From Candidatus Spongiisociaceae bacterium (GTDB lineage Bacteria; Actinomycetota; Acidimicrobiia; Spongiisociales; Spongiisociaceae), in the NCBI GenBank assembly GCA_965262915.1, contig OZ253564.1, positions 1,120,001 to 1,184,000 of the forward strand: a DNA stretch of 64,000 bases, given 5' to 3'. The notes beneath the pieces are model-generated. The model saw nothing but the letters and a program-made list of their open reading frames with translations, was not told the DNA's origin and searched no databases. A program made the translations under genes and the position numbers. Shown piece after piece: positions 20,131 to 29,601 of this stretch. Positions within the stretch are counted from its first letter, which is position 1. Every line of letters begins with the position of its first letter.

Positions 20131-21282
20131 ATGAATGAGAGGATGCAAGTGGCTGCCGCAGACCGGACGACGAAGACCAACCACACAGAACTGCACATGT
20201 GGCGCGAGATCCACAGCCAACCCGAGGTGGCGGCACTGAATCTCGGCAACGAGGGTGGACGCTTCGAACGAGCGGCAACGTGGATCGCTGAGCAGGGCCC
20301 GCAGCGGCTCCACTTCGTGGGATGCGGCGATTCGCGGTTCACCGGGATGGTGGGTCGCTACGCGATGTCCCGGTGGGCAGGAATACCGTCGGTCACACAT
20401 CAATCGTTCGACGCTCTCGCCTATCTGCTGGACGAGATGAGCGGAGGGATCCTCCTGTCGTATTCCAACTCCGGAGAGTCGCAGACGACCGTGGACTGTG
20501 CCGAAGCGGCCGCCACCCGCGGTATCCCGGTCCTCGCGGTCGCCGGCCAGGAAGGATCGCGGCTGGCGCGACTGGCGGATCACGTCCTGTTCACCACCCT
20601 GCCCGCAGCACCGGTCGCGGCGTCACATACCACGAGTCACACCGCCATGATCGCATCGACCCTGGGGCTCGCTGCCCGCGTCGCCGCGATCCGATCCAAG
20701 GACACCACCTCGATCGACCGGGCGATCGCGAGTGCGCCTGCTGCGATGCGTGACACCATAGAGATGACGGGACCGAGAGCTCAGGACACAGCAGCGCGGC
20801 ACAGGTCCGAGGATCGCTGGGTACTGCTCGGTGCCGGTCCGCATCATTCAACCGCTCTCGCGGGCGCTGCGAAACTTTACGAGACAGGCTACGTACCGGC
20901 GATCTGCGAGGAACTCGAGGAGTACGCACACGAGCAGATGTTCGTGCTCGAACCAGGGGACCCGGTTCTGGTAGTGACATCGCGAGGGGCATCGCACCGA
21001 AGGGCAGTGGAGATCGCAGATGGTGTCTCCGACCTGGCGGGCGACCCGGTCATCGTGTCGGAACTCGAGGCCTCGGACGTCGGTGGTCATCAAGTACTTC
21101 CGGTCGCACCGCTAGCAGAACCCGTCGAGGAGGTAGCCGCGTTGACCCATCTCATGCCCCTACAGCTTTACGCGCTCCACCTGGCGCTTGCTAGGGGACA
21201 GGATCCAGACCGAGTCAGGTATTTCGCTGTGAACATGCGCCTGATCGGCCAGGGCAAGACGACCCAGGACGCTGATCGGTAG
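20131..21282 (+). CDS. Double SIS-domain protein (FrlB/GlmS/AgaS-like)
   Basis: MWREIHSQP, GCGDS, SNSGES..T, LGAGP, AAKLYE, EEYAH. Confidence 0.88.
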   Translation: MNERMQVAAADRTTKTNHTELHMWREIHSQPEVAALNLGNEGGRFERAATWIAEQGPQRLHFVGCGDSRFTGMVGRYAMSRWAGIPSVTHQSFDALAYLLDEMSGGILLSYSNSGESQTTVDCAEAAATRGIPVLAVAGQEGSRLARLADHVLFTTLPAAPVAASHTTSHTAMIASTLGLAARVAAIRSKDTTSIDRAIASAPAAMRDTIEMTGPRAQDTAARHRSEDRWVLLGAGPHHSTALAGAAKLYETGYVPAICEELEEYAHEQMFVLEPGDPVLVVTSRGASHRRAVEIADGVSDLAGDPVIVSELEASDVGGHQVLPVAPLAEPVEEVAALTHLMPLQLYALHLALARGQDPDRVRYFAVNMRLIGQGKTTQDADR

Positions 21283-21510
21283 GTGTGTTCGGAAGACCCG
21301 TTTTAGACAATCAAGCTGGTCGTACGAGATTTCGTGGGATCGGGCGCCGGTTTTTTTGCGCAGTTGCAGAAGGTTTCGGGTGGCGACTGCCTGGAAGGTT
21401 TCGTCTCACACGTACCGTACCGGGACCTCGCATGACCACAGACGGAGAACACCGAGTTTCCTAGTAGATCCTTGCGTCTAACCAAGGAGGGTTCTTCGTC
21501 AAGCACCCGG

Positions 21511-22443
21511 TCAGTCGTTGATGGGATCTTCGGCGTTCAATCGGTGGTGGCGTCTGGCGTAATCCGGGGAGATGTGGCCGTCCGCCAGGTCGGCTAGGAC
21601 TGCTTGGGGGTCGCGATCTAGGGGATCGCCGTATCCGCCGCCGCCGCCCGTGTAGCAGCGGACGGTGTCTCCATTGCGGAGGGGCATGCGGTTGGTCTTG
21701 AGGCGACGGATCTCGTCGGGGGTTCCGGGGTTGATGATGACTTCGGGGGGTGCTCCGCCCTTGCCGCCGAAGAGCCCCCAGGCGGGGTTGCCGGAGCGTT
21801 CGAACCAGAGGCTCATCTCGGTGTCGGTGGTCATCTGGTATTCGCGGATGATTCCGTTGCCTCCTCGCCATTGGCCGGGTCCGGCGGAGTCCTGGCGGTA
21901 GCTGTAGTCGGTGGTCCGGGCGGGGAATTTGGATTCGAACACTTCGATGGGCATGTTCTGGAAGTTGCCGGACCAGGGTCCAGATCATGCCGTCTTCGCC
22001 GTCGCAGCCTTGTGAGGAACCCTATCCGCCTACGTGGGACTCGTTGTCGAGGAAGAGTTCATCGGTGCGGGGGTTGATCCGGTGAACTGGAACACCATGC
22101 CGTCGCCGTAGTGGGCGGCGGGGACGGTGTCGGGCAGGGAGGGGGAGAGGGCCGAGCAGATCAGGTCGATCATCAGACCGAGTGGGGTGAAGTAGAACTG
22201 GCAGGTTGCAGGGGAACGGGCTGCCAGTATCGACCCGGGTCGGGTTCGCACCTCCAGGGGCCGGAAGGCGCCTCCGTTGACGGGTTGGTGTGAGCTGAAG
22301 AGGTATTTGAAGGCCAGGCGGCAGGCCGACAGTGTCTGGACGGCTCCACAGTTGATGGGACCCTGGCCCGGGCCGTCGGTGTCGCTGAGGTCGAAGATCA
22401 GGCGTTCGCCTTCCACGGTGATCTTCACGCGAATCCGACGGGC
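21511..22443 (-). pseudogene. Hydantoinase B 3' fragment, copy 5 (frameshifted)
   Basis: RIRVKITVEGERLIFDLS ... to RRHHRLNAEDPIND-stop. Confidence 0.9.
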
Positions 22444-22640
22444 TCCTGCGGCGCTTGGCCGGGCACCCCCGTAGGTCACGAAACCGTGGGCGACAAGTCC
22501 CGGGGGCTAAGACTCAGAGGTAGTCGTGACTTGAGAGGGCTGCGCTCTCAAGCGCAAGAATTTGCACACTACTGACGTATTACGAACCTTCTTGACCCAA
22601 GATGGATCGAAACCGCTCCTATACGGCTCGGAGGCCTCCT

Positions 22641-23912
22641 ATGCTGCTCGGGTTCCAGGTCACGAACCACCGCTCGTTCCTCGGACAAACGGACTTCTCG
22701 ATGATGGCCGTGGATAAGGATCGGTCGGCGACACGCTGCTTCGAGCGTCTCTCGGAACCGGTGCTGACCGTTTCTGGGATCTACGGCCCCAACGCTTCGG
22801 GGAAGTCTAATTTTCTATATGCCATTACATGGTTATCGAACGCTGTCAGGAGATCTCTTCGAGGCTGGGACGAGTTCATCCCCCGGGATCCCCACTTGAT
22901 AGGCGAGGGTCCGGCTAGGCCGTCGGTCTTCGATATGGCGATCGTTGTCGACGGGGTTGAGTATGAGTACCGGCTCGTGGTTGACGACTCAGCGGTGCTG
23001 TACGAAAGCCTTCATGGCTATCCCGAGCGGAGGAGACGAAGGTTGTTCGAGCGAGACAAGGACGAAATCGAGTTTCGACGCGGCTTGGGTGGTGCTCGTG
23101 GAGTAGACAGTGTCCTTACGTCGACCACGTTGGCGCTGTCCGCTGCCATGCGCTTCCGGATGCCCGATGTTGGCAGCGTAGGACGCGCTATCGCAGGAAT
23201 CCGTGCCGTCGGGATTAGATGGCCTGTGGCGGGTTTCAACCCCTACTTGGACTCGACACAGCGCCTGTTCGCTGGGGAAAGCGAAGGCCGTCAGTTGACC
23301 CTTGTCGACATGCCCACAGACCGAGACGTAGCCTTGGACTTGCTGCGCTGGGCCGATCCCGCAATCTCGGATGTGGAGTTTATCGAACGGGGCGAGAACG
23401 AGGACCAACCGGCTCGGGGTTCCGCCCGTCCGTCGCGTCGTCAGTTGCAGTTCGTTCGCCGAGTTGCCGATGCGGAGTACTCTCTGGGCTTCCGTGAGGA
23501 ATCTGCAGGGACGAAGACTTGGTTCCGACTATTGGGACCAGCTCTCGGAGCCCTTGGGAGAGGTCAGGTTCTGTTGTTTGACGAAATCGACGCAAGCCTC
23601 CATCCCCGGCTCTCTAGTCAGTTGATCCAGCTCTTCCAAGACCCCGCGTCCAATCCTCGCAATGCTCAACTGGTCTTCACGACTCACGATACGTCACTGC
23701 TCAACGTTTTGAATCGCGACGAGGTTTGGCTGACAGAGAAGAGATCCGACGGGTCATCGGAACTCGTCGCGCTTGCAGAGTATGGATCTGAGAAGATACG
23801 GAAGTCGTTGAATCTTGAGAGGGCCTATCTACAGGGTCGGTTCGGAGCTATTCCCGAACCCGACCAAATCGTGATCCGCCACGCCCTCGGGCTCGCTCTT
23901 GGAGAAAGGTGA
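22641..23912 (+). CDS. RloA-like AAA_21 ATPase
   Basis: IYGPNASGKSN, EESAGT, DEIDASLHP, QLVFTTHD, YLQGRFGAIP; GGAGG RBS. Confidence 0.9.
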   Translation: MLLGFQVTNHRSFLGQTDFSMMAVDKDRSATRCFERLSEPVLTVSGIYGPNASGKSNFLYAITWLSNAVRRSLRGWDEFIPRDPHLIGEGPARPSVFDMAIVVDGVEYEYRLVVDDSAVLYESLHGYPERRRRRLFERDKDEIEFRRGLGGARGVDSVLTSTTLALSAAMRFRMPDVGSVGRAIAGIRAVGIRWPVAGFNPYLDSTQRLFAGESEGRQLTLVDMPTDRDVALDLLRWADPAISDVEFIERGENEDQPARGSARPSRRQLQFVRRVADAEYSLGFREESAGTKTWFRLLGPALGALGRGQVLLFDEIDASLHPRLSSQLIQLFQDPASNPRNAQLVFTTHDTSLLNVLNRDEVWLTEKRSDGSSELVALAEYGSEKIRKSLNLERAYLQGRFGAIPEPDQIVIRHALGLALGER

Positions 23913-24310
23913 TGGCGAGATCTCGACAACGGGTACACAGGAGACGAAGACCTCGTAAAGTCGGCGTTCGTGTTCCACGAAAGACTTACCTCGTGTTCTG
24001 CGAGGGTGCGAGAACGGAGCCCGAATATATCAAAGCGCTCAAGCAAGAACCTGAGGTTCGTGCGCGTGCCTCCGTCCGGATCGGCAAGGACACAATCGGT
24101 ATCGCGCCTCCCTTGACCCTGGTTAGAGCGGCAGTCAAAGCCATCGATCGTGCCGAGGAGGAAAAGGCCGAAATCGATGAGGTTTGGTGCTTGTTCGATG
24201 TTGAGTGGCCCCACAATCACCCCAAACTGGCTCATCGCGTTTCAGTGGGGAGTGACGGTCGCGAGTAGGCCCCAGTTGGGTTTCCCGGCTCTTCGATGCT
24301 CCTATGGTTG

Positions 24311-25540
24311 TCAAATCGATGATGGGGCGGTTTGGTGGGTGTGCAGCCAGTTCTGGTATCGGGTGGCGAGGTGGTGGTTGTGGTCTCGGCCGTGTTCGAG
24401 TGCTGAGATGCGATTGGGGTGGGTTCCGACGGCTTGGGCGGTCTGGGTGAGGGTGATGCCGCGTTGTTGGCGTCGGGTGCGTAGGCGGGCGCAGTTCGGG
24501 GTTGGGTGCGGGTTGGTGAGGAGCCGGTAGATTTCTCGGGCGATGTGCCGCTTGAGGCAGCGGATGATCTCCTTTTTCTTCTTGCCCTCGGCCTTGCGTC
24601 GTGCCACGTAGGCTTTGGTGGCGGCGTCGGTGCGCATCCGGGTGGTAGCGATCCGCCATAGCGCGTTGTTGGCTTGGCGGTTGCCGCCCCGGTTGAGACG
24701 ATGCCGAAGGGTTCGTCCTGATGACGCCTGGACGGGGCTGGCGCCGCACAGCGCCGCGAAAGACCGTTCCGATTTCATTCGCTTGGGGTTGTCGCCGGCG
24801 GCGACCAACAACGCGGCGGCTGTGTCAGGACCGACACCTTCTGTGGCCAGCAGGGCCGGGTTGGCCTGGGCGCAGAGACGCCGGATCTCGGCTTCGAGTT
24901 GGGCGATCTCTACGTCGAGGGCCTGATACCGGCGGGCCAAATGCTGTAGGGCACGCTTCGCATACGCGGTGGTGGTGTGGTCTGTGCCGGGTCGGAACCG
25001 GGCACAGGTTTTGACCCGTGCTTTGAGATTCATGCCCTTTAGCTGGTGTTTTAGCGGCTCGGGAGCTGTTACGACCAGCGCATGTATCTGGTTAGCGGCC
25101 TGGGTGCGGGCCTTGACCGCGGAGCGGCGCACCACCCACAGCATCCGTATGCACTCGACCGGGCCCACACCGGACTTGGGAACCGCGGTTGCTTCGCCCG
25201 AGGCAGCTGCCCGAGCTGCCGCCTCGGCGTCGACGCTGTCGGTCTTGCCGCCCTTCTGGCGGCGTAGTTGGCGGTTGGGGCGGTTGACCTCCACCACCTC
25301 GATGTTCATCTCGGTCAGGTAACGGGCCAGGCCGGCGCCGTAACTACCCGTTCCTTCCACCCCAACCCGAACCAACTGTCCCCGCGACTCGAACCAGGTG
25401 ACCATTCGCCGATAACCGGATTCCTCCACCGCGAAAGACTCCGATCCCAGTACCCGCCCGACGCCATCCACCACCGCTGCTACGTGGACGTCCCGATGGG
25501 TGTCAACCCCACCGTAGATAATCTGGTCTGCTTCTCCCAT
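24311..25540 (-). CDS. IS110 transposase/recombinase with C-terminal HTH extension
   Basis: GGVDTH, GVEGTGSYG, KTDSVDA (DEDD), ASSG, HRLNRGGNRQAN, CLKRHIARE. Confidence 0.95.
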   Translation of the reverse strand: MGEADQIIYGGVDTHRDVHVAAVVDGVGRVLGSESFAVEESGYRRMVTWFESRGQLVRVGVEGTGSYGAGLARYLTEMNIEVVEVNRPNRQLRRQKGGKTDSVDAEAAARAAASGEATAVPKSGVGPVECIRMLWVVRRSAVKARTQAANQIHALVVTAPEPLKHQLKGMNLKARVKTCARFRPGTDHTTTAYAKRALQHLARRYQALDVEIAQLEAEIRRLCAQANPALLATEGVGPDTAAALLVAAGDNPKRMKSERSFAALCGASPVQASSGRTLRHRLNRGGNRQANNALWRIATTRMRTDAATKAYVARRKAEGKKKKEIIRCLKRHIAREIYRLLTNPHPTPNCARLRTRRQQRGITLTQTAQAVGTHPNRISALEHGRDHNHHLATRYQNWLHTHQTAPSSI

Positions 25541-25574
25541 GATGCTCTTCTCCTCTAGGGGATAGAATCATTTC

Positions 25575-25760
25575 CGATCCCCGGACCCGTGTGCGGTTGG
25601 ACAGGCCACTCACGGTGGAGAAGTTGAAGGCTCCTATTAGGTCACATCCGCCCCGGGTCAGGGGGTTACGCCCCAGGCCGGGAACGGGCCGACAGATCGA
25701 TGAAAAGGCACAAGGCCAGATTTCAGTTGGGTCAGACCCGCCCTAGCCCAGGAACCCTCC
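25575..25760 (-). ncRNA. Putative IS110 bridge RNA
   Basis: Contains segments matching the target (ACTGAAATC, TCGAT) and donor ends (ATAGGAGC, TGAGTGG) in the expected order; boundaries approximate. Confidence 0.75.
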
Positions 25761-25775
25761 AATTATGAGTGGATT

Positions 25776-27080
25776 TCAGTGGGGAGTGACCGATGCGAGG
25801 AGGTCCCAGTTGGGTTTCCCGGCGTAGAGAAGGGCGCGGATTCGGTAGTTCGCGAAGTTGGGTAACCCGAACGCTGCTCGTTTGATCCGCTTTATGAGGT
25901 TGTTGAGGGCTTCGGTGGCATCTGTTGGTTACCTTCGAGATGTGCCAGTTGGTGATCTGGGGGGTCCAGCGGGCGATGGTGCGACCCAGCTTGTTGATCT
26001 CGGGTGGGCAGGATTCGTCCTGGAGGTCGTCCGCGAGCCCGACGGTGTACCGGAGAGCAAGGACCGGACTTTCGATCCCGTAGATGCCCCGTACCGTTTC
26101 GGTCGCGTGCCAGGCTGTGCGTACCTCCCCGTGGGGGTCACCGGCGTCCAAAAGACCACGCAGCCGTGTTTGACCGCGGTCGCTGATCCTCTCATGCGCG
26201 GCGGTGAGGAGGCGGCGTATCCGATACAGCGGGTCATCCTTGCGGCCTCTGTGTCCCAGGGTTTCGTTTTGGACTCTTCGTCGTAGGTCGTCGAGACGCT
26301 GGTTGGCGAGGCGGCTGACACCGAACGGGTCCGCTACCCCGGGGGCGTGGGGCAGCACCCTGTCATACGCCTTCCGATACGAACCGGACATGACCCGACA
26401 CCGCCCAGCGGATAGCCTCACACCATTCGGTGGGCTGCGCCCGGAACCAGGCTGCGGCGCTTTCTGCCGTTCTACCACCGACTATGTCGAACCGGCTGGT
26501 GGCCTCCCACGTCGACGACAGAGGTGCACCAGACCTTGGTACGCCACCGGCCTTTCCGCCAGAACAACGCTTCTTGTCGATGCCCACAGCTTGGACCTCG
26601 CCTATCCGGTCGGTGTCGGCCCCCAGGAGGGCTTCGCCCCAGCGGCCGACCTCGTTGTTCACCGTATGCCACCCACAACCAAGCTCTGCGGCGACCTCGT
26701 CGACCGGGCGACCCCGCCCACCCACCCCGATGGTCACCCACCTCGCCGCTCGGGATGTCAACAACGCCCGTTGGGGACCAATCGTGGGGTCTTGCTCGAT
26801 GAACGATCTGAGCGCACAGTCGGTGTTCGGACATGTCCAACGGCGTTTCCGCCACCGCAGCCGAACCGGACGGCCGAACGCCGGTAAATCCACCAACACC
26901 ACCGTCCGCTCACCCTTGGACCACACCGGGCCACCACAGGCCTCACAGGACGGCCGGGGCTTGCGGGACCCGATCACCACCCCAAGCGGTGCACCCTCGC
27001 CCGAGTCGTTGATCCCTACCAGGTCAACGTCGCCTAGGCCTACCAACTTCTCGCACATGCGCGCAGGGATCAGCTTCCAC
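25776..27080 (-). pseudogene. ISL3 transposase, multiply frameshifted
   Basis: Zn finger CEACG..VDLPAFG..RWTCP; VADPF; HRGRKDDPLYRIRR; RIRALLYAGKPNW. Confidence 0.9.
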
Positions 27081-27565
27081 AGGGGTCCTCCTGCCTCGGA
27101 TGTCGCTTATCAACAGCCGATTATGGAGGACCCCTCCTCACTTCTGGTGGATTCCGATCCCCCCTGGCAGATCCCCTACTCCCCACCCATTCGCGAAGAG
27201 CCCCCAAACTCGACCAGACCGTGGCTCTCGCCAAGAGGAAGAATGTACAGATTGCTGTATCGAATCCAAGCTTCGAGTTATGGCTCGCTCTTCATTTTCG
27301 AGACTGTCCAGGATGGCTAGACACCAAAGCCGCGGAGAGGCTACGCAAGAGTCATGACGGCAGTACAGACAAGGGCGTGAATGGGGCAATGTACATGCGG
27401 ATGCGACTGATCGGGCTCTTGGTCTAGCAGAGAAGCACGAGAAACAGGGAACACGGTTTCCACACGACAACCCATCATCAGGTATGTACTTCCTCCTCCA
27501 AGCAGTCGACCCCACCATTACGTGAAACCCTGAGCTTCCCGGAGAGTGGCTTGGTTTGGGCTCGG

Positions 27566-28201
27566 TCAGTCTTCGGCCAGGTCTTGGGAACTCAGTCGGT
27601 GGTGGCGTCTAGCGTAGTTGGGGGAGATGTGGCTGTCGGCTAGGACGGCTTTGGGGTCGCGTTCTAGGGGATTGCCGTATCCGCCGCCGCCGGTGTAGCA
27701 GCGGACGGTGTCTCCTTTGCGGAGGGGCATGCGGTTGGTCTTGAGGCGGCGGATCTCGTTGGGGGTTCCGGGGTTGATGATCACTTCGGGGGGTGCTCCG
27801 CCTTGGCCGGCGAAGAGGCCCCAGGCGGGGTTGGCGGAGCGTTCGAACAGAGGCTCATCTCGCTGTCGGTGGTCATCTGGTATTCGCGGATGATGCCGTT
27901 TCCTCCCCGCCATTGGCCAGGTCCGGCCGGTAGCTGTAGTCGGTGGTCCGGGCGGGGAATTTGGATTCGAACACTTCGATGGGCATGTCGTGGAAATTGC
28001 CGGACAGGGTCCAGATCATGCCGTTCTCCCCGTCGCGGCCTTGTAATGCTCCCCATCCGCCTACGTGGGGCTCGTTGTCGAGGAACAGTTCGTTGGTGCG
28101 GGGGTTGATGCCCGTGAACTGGAAGACCATGCCGTCGCCGTAGTGGGCGGCGGGGACGGTGTCGGGCAGGGCGGGGGAGAGGGCCGAGCAGATCAGGTCG
28201 A
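27566..28201 (-). pseudogene. Hydantoinase B 3' fragment, copy 6
   Basis: DLICSALSPALPDTVPAAHYGDG ... RRHHRLSSQDLAED-stop. Confidence 0.9.
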
Positions 28202-28342
28202 ATCATCCAACACACGGAACAATCTCATCAGACGAATCAAACGAGCAGCCTTCGGGTTCCGCAACCTCGCGAATTATCGAATCCGGGCAATCCTCTGCGT
28301 CGGGAACCTCAACAGGGATCTGCTGGCGGCCGTCACTCTCGA
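28202..28342 (+). mobile_element. ISL3 transposase C-terminal remnant
   Basis: NNLIRRIKRAAFGFRNLANYRIRAIL..G..NRDLLAAVT. Confidence 0.8.
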
Positions 28343-28547
28343 CGGCGCCGGAACTCACGACATAGTCATCGGCGCTCTGCCGTCCCACCTCGGAGATCCC
28401 CAATGCCCTGTAGGCAAATACCCGGTGTCGGGTATTTGGGTTTGGGCGTGTTCGTCCCTCGAGCAGGTGCATCACGTCAGGTGCTGGTCGCTTCAGGTCC
28501 GGAATGGGGTGTATCTTGGGGGAGGGGGTATCGGTCGGCTACCGGAC

Positions 28548-29189
28548 CTATGGGCGACCGAACGTGTCAAAACCGGGGGATGATTCACGGTTGGCGCGAA
28601 GGGCTTCCACGTCGGCCAGATCTTGCAAGCGGCCAGCAGCCAGCTTGTTGTGTTCCAGGTCTTCCAAGCCGATGAAGGGAACCGCCAGCGAGTCCAGCCG
28701 TATCTCGACTCGCCGCTCCCAGCACCCCTCGAAGTCGACTCCGGCGATGCTGGTCAAGATGTCGATCCGGTTCGGGGGATACCCTAGTTGGACCACATGG
28801 CCCTCGACAGCGAAGTCCTCCGCCGACAGTCCGAGTGATCCGAAGCCGAACTCGTCCAACACCGCGGCTGTCCGGGCGGCGTTCTCGGGATCTACCCAAA
28901 CCCAGATGTCCAGATCCTTGGTTAAGCGGGGATGGCCGTGCGCTGCCACCGCGTATCCACCGACCACTAGGAAACGCACTCCGTGCTCGGCGCACAGCGA
29001 GACGAAATCGTGCATTTCCTTTCCCAGCCGCATCAGCCCCCCGTGGTCGCTGTCCGGACCGTAGTAATACCCTTGTAGCTCCCGAACATGAGCGACCCGC
29101 TCCCCCGGGGGGCGAGACAGCCAGAATCCGGCATCAGGGTCGGGATCGCCCAGCCGGATGGTGGTCGCTACCTTCGCAATCCCAGCCAT
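28548..29189 (-). CDS. Minimal nucleotidyltransferase fused to a small upstream partner domain
   Basis: VVGGYAVAAHGHPRLTKDLD and NKLAAGRLQDLAD; N-terminal FWLSRPPGERV segment. Confidence 0.8.
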   Translation of the reverse strand: MAGIAKVATTIRLGDPDPDAGFWLSRPPGERVAHVRELQGYYYGPDSDHGGLMRLGKEMHDFVSLCAEHGVRFLVVGGYAVAAHGHPRLTKDLDIWVWVDPENAARTAAVLDEFGFGSLGLSAEDFAVEGHVVQLGYPPNRIDILTSIAGVDFEGCWERRVEIRLDSLAVPFIGLEDLEHNKLAAGRLQDLADVEALRANRESSPGFDTFGRP

Positions 29190-29393
29190 GCGAACACCGT
29201 TTCCCCGTTCCGAACTCCGCCATGGTACCAGCAGACGGGTATCTCCAAGGGGTGACGGCCGGTTGGCTGCAGGATGGGTACGGCCCAGTCAGGCGGTACG
29301 AGTGGGTGTGCTCGTGTGATCGCCACTTCACCTGATCCGGGGGTCTGCGCATTGCCGATTGGTGATGAGGAGTGTGTGACCATAATGGCGGGG

Positions 29394-29560
29394 TGACGAG
29401 TTCGGCATCTCCTCGACGGAACGCGTGGTGTCGGACGGGGATTTCGGGAGAGAGTGTCTGCGGCTCATTGAGGGGTGGAGGGCTCTGGAACGGTGATAGT
29501 TGTTACCAAGCACCGCCGGCCGGTCGTGAGGGTGGGACCATTCCGCGGGGAGGCGCCCAA
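29394..29560 (+). pseudogene. Phd/YefM antitoxin remnant
   Basis: ERVVSDGDFGRECLRLI / frameshift / GTVIVVTKHRRPVVRVGP. Confidence 0.6.
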
Positions 29561-29601
29561 GCTGGTCGGATCCTCACAGCCCCGCGAGAGGACAGACAGG
29601 G

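Larger units (their letters stand above)
24295..25771 (-). mobile_element. IS110-family element
   Basis: Transposase plus 230-bp upstream non-coding end; GAT shared at both junctions; no long IRs. Confidence 0.9.
24229..27202 (-). mobile_element. ISL3-family composite insertion
   Basis: Terminal IRs GGCTCATCGCG... and ...CGCGAAGAGCC; 8-bp TSD CCCAAACT at 24221-24228 and 27203-27210. Confidence 0.92.
23909..27525 (+). pseudogene. rloB: RloB family protein split by nested IS elements
   Basis: 5' part VFCEG..TEPEY..VWCLFDVE (23909-24228); 3' part AVSNPSFELWLALHF...NPSSGMY (27203-27525) with an extra frameshift near 27399. Confidence 0.88.

Noticed and set aside
21283-21510. Possible IS end or terminator after the SIS gene (T-rich tract)
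   Set aside because: No partner inverted repeat or convincing stem found.
29200-29340. Possible PIN toxin tail (CSCDRHFT)
   Set aside because: Too short and degenerate to support.
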